From assembly GCA_050516505.1 (NCBI GenBank), contig CP191518.1, positions 2,933,238 to 2,957,237 of the forward strand: a DNA stretch of 24,000 nucleotides, written 5' to 3'. The position numbers were made by a program, and so were the translations under genes. A model generated the notes under the pieces. The model was not told where the DNA came from and made no database searches. It saw only the letters and a list, made by a program, of their open reading frames with translations. Every line of letters begins with the position of its first letter. The stretch's first letter is position 1. This DNA is from Citrobacter sp. OP27. GTDB lineage: Bacteria > Pseudomonadota > Gammaproteobacteria > Enterobacterales > Enterobacteriaceae. Shown piece after piece: positions 17,614 through 24,000 of this stretch.

Positions 17614-19518
17614 TTAACCACCGTTTTTTAACGCTTCGAGATATTCCCAGCGTTCAAATGCCTCTTCCAGCGCCTTCTCGGCCAATTCCATATCCGCCAG
17701 CACTTGCTGCGTATAGTCATGCGACTGATTAAAGAAGTCAGGACTCGCAACCTGCGCCTGCAAACCTTCGAGGTTTGCCTCAAGCTCTTCAAGACGTTGA
17801 GGAAGCTGCTCTAATTCGCGCTGCAGGTTATAGCTTAGTTTGCCAGGTGCTCGTTTGACAGTTCCTGCTTTCGCTTGTTCTTTAGCATTTTTAATCTCAA
17901 CAGGCTGCTTACGTGATTGAGACTGCGCCTGCTGCCCGCGTGCATCGTGGTAACCGCCCACGTACGCACCGATTTTACCGTTGCCTTCGAAAATCCAGCA
18001 GTCGGTGACGGTGTTGTCGACGAACTGACGATCGTGGCTCACCAGCATAACCGTACCCTGATAACCGTCGATAAGTTCTTCGAGCAGTTCCAGCGTTTCA
18101 ACGTCAAGGTCGTTGGTCGGTTCATCGAGGATCAGCAGATTGCTTGGCTTGAGGAACAGACGCGCCAACAGTAGGCGGTTACGCTCCCCACCTGACAGCG
18201 CACGCACTGGCGTCATGGCACGTTTCGGGTGGAACAGGAAGTCCTGCAGATAACCGAGCACATGGCGCGGCTTACCGTTGACCATGACTTCCTGCTTACC
18301 TTCGGCAAGGTTGTCCATTACCGTTCTGTCCGGATCGAGCTCGGCGCGGTGCTGATCGAAATAGGCCACTTCCAGCTTGGTGCCACAGTGAACGCGACCG
18401 CTGTCAGCCTGCAACTGCCCCAGCATCAGCTTAAGCAGCGTGGTTTTACCGCAGCCGTTCGGGCCGATCAGCGCAATTTTATCGCCGCGCTGAACCTGAA
18501 CGGAGAAGTCTTTCACCAGCACTTTACCATCGACCTGGTAATCAACGTTTTCCAGTTCAAATACAATTTTGCCTGAGCGGCTGGCTTCTTCGACCTGCAT
18601 GCGGGCGCTGCCCAACACTTCGCGACGCTCACTGCGCTCACGACGCATGTCTTTCAGAGCGCGGACGCGACCTTCGTTACGCGTACGACGTGCTTTGATG
18701 CCCTGACGGATCCACACCTCTTCCTGCGCCAGTTTGCGGTCGAACTCGGCGTTTTGCAGCTCTTCCACGCGTAGCATCTCTTCTTTTTCCAGCAGATACT
18801 GATCGTAGTTACCCGGATAGGTCACCAGCTTGCCGCGATCGAGATCGACAATGCGGGTGGCCATGTTGCGGATAAAGGAACGGTCGTGCGAGATGAAGAT
18901 AATGGTGCCTTTGAACGTTTTCAGGAACCCTTCCAGCCAATCGATAGTTTCGATGTCCAGGTGGTTCGTGGGTTCGTCGAGCAGCAACACACGCGGGCCG
19001 CTGACCAGCGCGCGGCCCAGCGCCGCTTTACGCAGCCAGCCACCGGACAGCGAGCCCAGGGCCATATCGGCTTCGAGACCCAGCTGTTCCAGCACTTCGT
19101 TGATGCGGCTTTCGATCTGCCACAGACCGTGATGATCCAGCAGCTCCTGGAGCTTCGCCATCTCGTTAAGATTTCGGTCGCTCGGGTCGGTCATCACCAG
19201 ATGGGAGATCTCGTGATAACGTTTAAGATATTCCGCCTGCTCAGAGATACCTTCGGCGATGAAATCGTAAACGCTACCTTCCACATTGCGCGGCGGATCC
19301 TGTTGCAGACGCGCTACGACAAGATCCTGTTCATAGATGATGCGACCATCATCCAGGCCCTGTTCGCGGTTGAGGATTTTCATCAGCGTCGATTTACCGG
19401 CGCCATTACGCCCAACCAGACAGACGCGTTCGTTATCCTCGATATGCAGTTCGGTATTATCAAGGAGAGGCGCATCGCTGAACGACAGCCAGGCGCCATG
19501 CATACTAATTAAAGACAT
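17614..19518 (-). CDS. uup: ABC-F family ATPase Uup
   Basis: 634 aa with two ABC cassettes: Walker A GRNGAGKST and GPNGCGKTT, signatures LSGGWLRKA and LSGGERNRL, Walker B LLLDEPTNHLD and LILDEPTNDLD. The C-terminus is a coiled coil. Confidence 0.95.
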   Translation of the reverse strand: MSLISMHGAWLSFSDAPLLDNTELHIEDNERVCLVGRNGAGKSTLMKILNREQGLDDGRIIYEQDLVVARLQQDPPRNVEGSVYDFIAEGISEQAEYLKRYHEISHLVMTDPSDRNLNEMAKLQELLDHHGLWQIESRINEVLEQLGLEADMALGSLSGGWLRKAALGRALVSGPRVLLLDEPTNHLDIETIDWLEGFLKTFKGTIIFISHDRSFIRNMATRIVDLDRGKLVTYPGNYDQYLLEKEEMLRVEELQNAEFDRKLAQEEVWIRQGIKARRTRNEGRVRALKDMRRERSERREVLGSARMQVEEASRSGKIVFELENVDYQVDGKVLVKDFSVQVQRGDKIALIGPNGCGKTTLLKLMLGQLQADSGRVHCGTKLEVAYFDQHRAELDPDRTVMDNLAEGKQEVMVNGKPRHVLGYLQDFLFHPKRAMTPVRALSGGERNRLLLARLFLKPSNLLILDEPTNDLDVETLELLEELIDGYQGTVMLVSHDRQFVDNTVTDCWIFEGNGKIGAYVGGYHDARGQQAQSQSRKQPVEIKNAKEQAKAGTVKRAPGKLSYNLQRELEQLPQRLEELEANLEGLQAQVASPDFFNQSHDYTQQVLADMELAEKALEEAFERWEYLEALKNGG

Positions 19519-19530
19519 TTATTCTTTCCT

Positions 19531-21636
19531 TCAGGCTGCAGTAATCAGCCAGCAGTTATGGATCTGACGGTTACGGGCGAAGTCGGCTGAAAGCGTTTTT
19601 TGAGTAATTTCTTCTGCTTTCAGGCCCAGTTTTGCCATGCCGTCGGTGTCGAGTTTGAAGCCGCGTTTGTTGTTGGAGAACATGATCGTGCCACCTTTAC
19701 GCAGCAGTCGTTTCAGATCAGCCATCAGCTTCAGATGATCGCGCTGGACGTCGAACGTATCTTCCATGCGCTTAGAGTTTGAGAAGGTCGGCGGATCGAT
19801 GAAGATCAGGTCGAACTGTTCATCCGCGTCACGCAACCAGCCCAGCACGTCAGCCTGCAGCAGGCGATGCGGACGTCCGGTCAGGCCATTGAGGCGCAGG
19901 TTACGTTCAGCCCATTCCAGATAGGTGCGCGACATATCCACCGTGGTGGTGCTGCGCGCGCCGCCCAGACCGGCGTGCACGCTGGCGGTGCCGGTATAAG
20001 CGAACAGGTTAAGGAAGTCTTTACCTTTGCTCATCTGGCCCAGCATGCGACGAGCGATGCGGTGGTCGAGGAACAGACCGGTGTCGAGATAATCGGTCAG
20101 GTTAACCCACAGGCGCGCATTGTACTCGCTCACCTGCATGAATTCGCCCTTCTCGCTCATCTTCTCGTATTGATTTTTACCCTTTTGACGCTCACGGGTT
20201 TTCAGTACCAGTTTATTTGGCGCAATGCCCAGCACCGAAATGGTGGCAGCAATCACGTCGAACAAACGCTGACGCGCTTTGGTTGGGTCCACGGTTTTCG
20301 GCGGCGCATATTCCTGCACGACAACCCAGTCGCCGTAGCGGTCGACCGCCACGTTGTATTCCGGCAGGTCAGCATCGTAAACACGGTAGCATTCAATGCC
20401 TTCCTGACGCGCCCATTTGTCGAGCTTTTTGACGTTCTTACGCAGACGGTTGGCGTAATCATCAGCCAGCATAACCGTCGTGGTTCCGTCGGTTTCGGCC
20501 AGATGATAGTTTTTCTGTACGCAGTCCAGCGGGCCGTTTTTGGCTTTGAACTGGCGCTCAGCACGCAGCTGCAGACAGCTCAGCAGTTCAGGAGACGCGC
20601 TAAACAGTGACAAATTCCAGCCGCCGAACTGGGATTTCATGGTGCGCCCCAGCAGGTTATGCAGCGCAATCAGCGCCGGTTCGCTGTCCAGACGTTCGCC
20701 GTACGGCGGGTTGCTGATGACGGTACCGTATGGCCCTTTCGGCAGCGGATTGCTCAGCTTTGCCACATCTTTCACTTCAAAGTTAATGATGTCAGCCACA
20801 CCGGCCCGACGGGCGTTGCTGCGCGCGCGGTCAATCACGCGACCGTCAATATCAGAGCCATAGAAACGGGATTCATAAGCCTCGAGACCAGCGCGGGCAC
20901 GGGTTTGGGCTTCGGCTTTCACTTCCTGCCAGATGACTTCATCGTGCTGCGACCAGCCGTTAAAGCCCCAATAGCCACGATGCAGGCCCGGTGCGCGGTC
21001 TGTCGCCAGCATTGCGGCTTCGATAAGCAACGTACCGGAACCACACATTGGGTCGAGCATCGGCGTACCCGGCTGCCAGCCAGAACGCATCACGATAGCC
21101 GCGGCCAGGGTTTCTTTGATAGGTGCCATGCCGGTCGCGTCACGATAGCCACGCAGATGCAGGCCTTCACCGCTCAGGTCGAGGGAGATATGCGCGACTT
21201 CTTTATTCAGCCAGACGTTAACTCGCACGTCCGGATTTTCTTTATCAACGTTCGGACGCGGCAGATTTTTGCGGGTAAAAGCATCGACGATGGCGTCTTT
21301 GACCTTCAGCGCGCCATACTGGCTGTTGCGAATTTCGTCATTCACACCGCTGAAGTGCACCGCAAAGGTCGAGTCCTGATTGAACATCTCTGTCCAGTTG
21401 ATGGCCTGAACGCCGAGGTACAGGTCCAGATCGCTGTAAACGTTGCACTCACCGAGCGGCATCATGATACGTGACGCCAGGCGGCTCCACATCAGGCTCT
21501 GGTACAGCAGTCGCGTGTCACCTTCAAAATGGACACCACCCTGAACCACCGCACAGGCGCTTGCGCCCAGGTTTTCCAGTTCAGTTTTTAACAGCTCTTC
21601 CAGCCCACGGGCCGTACTGGCAAACAGAGAATTCAT
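19531..21636 (-). CDS. rlmL: Bifunctional 23S rRNA m2G2445/m7G2069 methyltransferase RlmKL
   Basis: 701 aa. THUMP N-terminal region, MTase motifs [13 protein letters not shown] and NPPYGERL, and a second SAM-MTase with [13 protein letters not shown]. It closely parallels E. coli RlmL/YcbY. Confidence 0.95.
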   Translation of the reverse strand: MNSLFASTARGLEELLKTELENLGASACAVVQGGVHFEGDTRLLYQSLMWSRLASRIMMPLGECNVYSDLDLYLGVQAINWTEMFNQDSTFAVHFSGVNDEIRNSQYGALKVKDAIVDAFTRKNLPRPNVDKENPDVRVNVWLNKEVAHISLDLSGEGLHLRGYRDATGMAPIKETLAAAIVMRSGWQPGTPMLDPMCGSGTLLIEAAMLATDRAPGLHRGYWGFNGWSQHDEVIWQEVKAEAQTRARAGLEAYESRFYGSDIDGRVIDRARSNARRAGVADIINFEVKDVAKLSNPLPKGPYGTVISNPPYGERLDSEPALIALHNLLGRTMKSQFGGWNLSLFSASPELLSCLQLRAERQFKAKNGPLDCVQKNYHLAETDGTTTVMLADDYANRLRKNVKKLDKWARQEGIECYRVYDADLPEYNVAVDRYGDWVVVQEYAPPKTVDPTKARQRLFDVIAATISVLGIAPNKLVLKTRERQKGKNQYEKMSEKGEFMQVSEYNARLWVNLTDYLDTGLFLDHRIARRMLGQMSKGKDFLNLFAYTGTASVHAGLGGARSTTTVDMSRTYLEWAERNLRLNGLTGRPHRLLQADVLGWLRDADEQFDLIFIDPPTFSNSKRMEDTFDVQRDHLKLMADLKRLLRKGGTIMFSNNKRGFKLDTDGMAKLGLKAEEITQKTLSADFARNRQIHNCWLITAA

Positions 21637-21729
21637 ATCGTCACTTATTACTCACAGAAAATTGTTGCGCATTATAGCGAATCTGGGCTTCATATAGGGC
21701 GACTTTTTTCAAACGTGAGGGATAACGAA

Positions 21730-22839
21730 ATGGCGACGCTATCACGGCTCTATATTCACCCTGTAAAATCAATGCGGGGAATCGGTGTCACGCATGCGCT
21801 GGCCGACATTAGCGGCATGGCGTTTGACCGTATTTTTATGGTTACCGAGCCAGACGGCACATTCATTACCGCTCGCCAATATCCCCAAATGGTGCGCTTC
21901 ACCCCAGTGCCAACCCATGATGGATTACATCTCACCGCGCCGGATGGCAGCTCGGCCATTGTACGTTTCGCCGATTTCACCGCAGAAGCTTCGCCAACCG
22001 AAGTCTGGGGCAATCATTTTACGGCGCGAATTGCCCCCGCAGATATCAACCAGTGGCTTTCGGGCTTTTTCAAACGTGACGTCCAGCTGCGTTGGGTCGG
22101 ACAAGCGCCTTCACGTCGCGTAAAACGTTTTGACGCGGTGCCGCTCTCTTTTGCCGACGGTTTTCCGTATCTGCTCACCAGCGAAGCCTCACTGCGCGAC
22201 CTACAAAACCGCTGCTCCGCCAGCGTGCAGATGGAACAGTTTCGCCCTAACCTGGTTGTCACCGGCACGCAGGCGTGGGAAGAAGATACCTGGAAAGTGG
22301 TGCGCATCGGCGACGTGGTCTTTGACGTCGTGAAACCTTGCAGCCGCTGTATTTTCACCACCGTTAGCCCATCCAAAGGCCAGAAACACCCTTCCGGAGA
22401 ACCGTTAGCCACGCTGCAAACCTTCCGTACTGCCCAGGACAACGGCGATGTCGATTTCGGTCAAAACTTGATTGCTCGCAATAGCGGCGTAGTTCGCGTA
22501 GGCGACGAGGTTGAAATCCTCTCAACCGGGCCAGGTAAAGTGTACGGGGCGGGTGAAACAGAAGAAATGCTGGACGTGAATGTCGCGCAGGATGCCGTGG
22601 TCGACATTGACTGGCAGGGCGATGTCTTCAAAGGGAACAATCAGCAGGTTTTACTGGAACAGCTGGAACAACAGGGGATCCGCGTGCCCTACTCTTGCCG
22701 GGCAGGAATATGCGGGAGTTGTCGCATAACGCTGGTTGAAGGGGAAGTCAGTCCGATGAAGAAAAGCGCAGTCTCAGAAGATGGCACCATTCTTTGCTGT
22801 AGCTGCATTCCAAAAACCGCACTGCGTCTTTCGCGTTAA
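21730..22839 (+). CDS. ycbX: MOSC-domain / 2Fe-2S ferredoxin fusion protein YcbX (N-hydroxylated base analogue detoxification)
   Basis: Track ORF 21715..22839, trimmed to ATG 21730 (SD GAGGGA). This gives 369 aa, [17 protein letters not shown]..., with the MOSC Cys region [12 protein letters not shown] and the C-terminal plant-type ferredoxin motif [10 protein letters not shown]...CCSC. Confidence 0.93.
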   Translation: MATLSRLYIHPVKSMRGIGVTHALADISGMAFDRIFMVTEPDGTFITARQYPQMVRFTPVPTHDGLHLTAPDGSSAIVRFADFTAEASPTEVWGNHFTARIAPADINQWLSGFFKRDVQLRWVGQAPSRRVKRFDAVPLSFADGFPYLLTSEASLRDLQNRCSASVQMEQFRPNLVVTGTQAWEEDTWKVVRIGDVVFDVVKPCSRCIFTTVSPSKGQKHPSGEPLATLQTFRTAQDNGDVDFGQNLIARNSGVVRVGDEVEILSTGPGKVYGAGETEEMLDVNVAQDAVVDIDWQGDVFKGNNQQVLLEQLEQQGIRVPYSCRAGICGSCRITLVEGEVSPMKKSAVSEDGTILCCSCIPKTALRLSR

Positions 22840-23378
22840 ACCGCCTGACCGTAGCTCAGCGCAGCCGACAGCGGCTGTGGCTGAAGGCGGTCATTCATCA
22901 CTTTAATCGCATCGCCTAGCTGCATAGTGCGACCGGCTAACATCAGCCCCGGCTGTGCCAGCAGACAAAGAGCGGCGTTATCACCCGGTTCAACCACCAG
23001 CAGATTCACCCGCTCACCGCTATCACTCAGCCAGACCGCAGCAGCATCGCCGGTCACTGGCTGCCAATTTTCACCGTGCGCCACAAAATGCCAGCTTTTT
23101 GGCATCTGCGGTTTCAAGAAACGGATGGCGACCAGCGCATTAAGCACAAGCTCTGCGCGATGTTCTTTGGTTAATTCCAGGTCACGGCATTTGTCTTCAA
23201 AGGAGAAATAGAGCGCGGCATCATCAACACAAAAGCCTGTAGGATCAAAGGCATCCGGCGTCAGCATCCGACGGGCGAAACGTGAACGAAACAACATACC
23301 ATTGGCTAAATCGAGCATCATACGATCATGCTCTTCATCAAAATACCAACGCCAGTTATCGTCAGGTTTAATTCGCAT
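22836..23378 (-). CDS. zapC: FtsZ-associated cell division protein ZapC
   Basis: 180 aa, [36 protein letters not shown]..., matching E. coli ZapC/YcbW in sequence pattern and length. Confidence 0.94.
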   Translation of the reverse strand: MRIKPDDNWRWYFDEEHDRMMLDLANGMLFRSRFARRMLTPDAFDPTGFCVDDAALYFSFEDKCRDLELTKEHRAELVLNALVAIRFLKPQMPKSWHFVAHGENWQPVTGDAAAVWLSDSGERVNLLVVEPGDNAALCLLAQPGLMLAGRTMQLGDAIKVMNDRLQPQPLSAALSYGQAV

Positions 23379-23490
23379 TTCTGTTCCCCGTTCTCATAAG
23401 CATCCTTTGCCTCAAAGAATAATCCCGTTTCGTTAATTTGCCTGAATTAAGAAAAGACCATAACGTTTAAATTAGCAACATTTGTGGAAT

Positions 23491-23528
23491 ATAAAACAAC
23501 CAGGGCAGGAAATAAAGCCCTGGTTGTA
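23491..23528 (-). terminator. pyrD rho-independent terminator
   Basis: ACAACCAGGGC (23497-23507) pairs with GCCCTGGTTGT (23518-23528). On the minus strand the hairpin is followed by TTTATATT. It lies 17 nt past the pyrD stop. Confidence 0.7.
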
Positions 23529-23544
23529 ATTTGCACAATGAAGA

Positions 23545-24000
23545 TCAGAGGTGGGTAATGATTTCTTTAATCAGAGGTGGGCCTTTAAAAATAAACCCGG
23601 AATAGATCTGAACAAGCGTTGCTCCCGCAGCCATCTTCTCGCGCGCGGCCATCACCGAATCGATACCGCCCACACCGATAATCGGTAACTGCCCTTTTAA
23701 TTCGGCAGACAGCATTCGAATAATTTCCGTACTTTTTAGCTGTAATGGACGACCGCTTAAACCGCCGGTTTCATCACAGTATTTCATTCCCTGAACGAGG
23801 GAACGATCGAGAGTGGTATTGGTCGCAATAACACCATCGATATTATGGCGAACTAAACTGTCGGCAACCTGGATCAATTCTTCAGGCGTAAGATCCGGGG
23901 CGATCTTAACCGCCACTGGAACATATTTGTGGTGAACAGATTGCAGTTCAGTTTGTTTATTTTTAATCGCTGACAGCAAATCGTCCAGCGCTTCACCATA
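23545..24000 (-). CDS. pyrD: Dihydroorotate dehydrogenase (quinone), C-terminal part (5' end beyond the window)
   Basis: The frame stays open from track ORF 23545..23979 to base 24000 ([16 protein letters not shown]...). It contains the FMN-binding C-terminal motifs ATNTT and IIGVGGIDS and ends ...[11 protein letters not shown], as in E. coli PyrD. Confidence 0.94.
   Translation of the reverse strand, partial: YGEALDDLLSAIKNKQTELQSVHHKYVPVAVKIAPDLTPEELIQVADSLVRHNIDGVIATNTTLDRSLVQGMKYCDETGGLSGRPLQLKSTEIIRMLSAELKGQLPIIGVGGIDSVMAAREKMAAGATLVQIYSGFIFKGPPLIKEIITHL

Noticed and set aside
1569-23001. Chi sites (GCTGGTGG). By eye I found at least eight: plus strand at 5517, 9626 and 9983; minus strand at 1569, 4452, 14428, 17539 and 22994.
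   Set aside because: The density and the mild strand bias are what is expected for an enterobacterial core chromosome. My scan by eye may be incomplete, and nothing here points to a special recombination feature.
1-24000. A search for a novel or accessory system: defence island, mobile element, integrase, toxin-antitoxin pair, CRISPR array, tRNA integration site, or orphan operon.
   Set aside because: Every long ORF that is not an antisense shadow maps to a recognisable conserved enterobacterial core gene in the same order as E. coli K-12. The largest uncalled gaps (about 360 bp sulA-ompA, about 250 bp rmf-pqiC, about 217 bp sxy-sulA) are explained by known leaders and promoters. I saw no direct or inverted terminal repeats, no repeat-spacer arrays, and no obvious patch of foreign composition.

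Overview
This window is conserved Enterobacteriaceae core chromosome. It mirrors, gene for gene, the E. coli K-12 segment pyrD-zapC-ycbX-rlmL-uup-pqiABC-rmf-fabA-ycbZ-matP-ompA-sulA-sxy-yccS-yccF-helD-mgsA-yccT-yccU-hspQ-rlmI, read here in reverse orientation. The proteins resemble the E. coli sequences I remember but are not identical, so the source is probably another enteric genus; I cannot name it. I call 23 protein genes, two of them truncated by the window edges. One is rmf (55 codons), which is missing from the ORF track. Six track ORFs carry spurious N-terminal extensions, which I trimmed. I also call several rho-independent terminators, the sulA SOS box, the fabA FadR/FabR operators, and the ompA promoter and 5' leader. 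No gap between calls exceeds about 360 bp. By eye I saw no tRNA or rRNA, IS or transposase, integrase, CRISPR array, toxin-antitoxin or defence-like cassette, or orphan ORF. I therefore found no evidence for a novel system here. The findings are modest second-look items: small or overlapping genes, a very tight operon, a degenerate ATPase module in the Lon-like YcbZ, and weak candidate operator sites. All identifications rest on reading the translations and motifs against recalled family knowledge. No database search was run.
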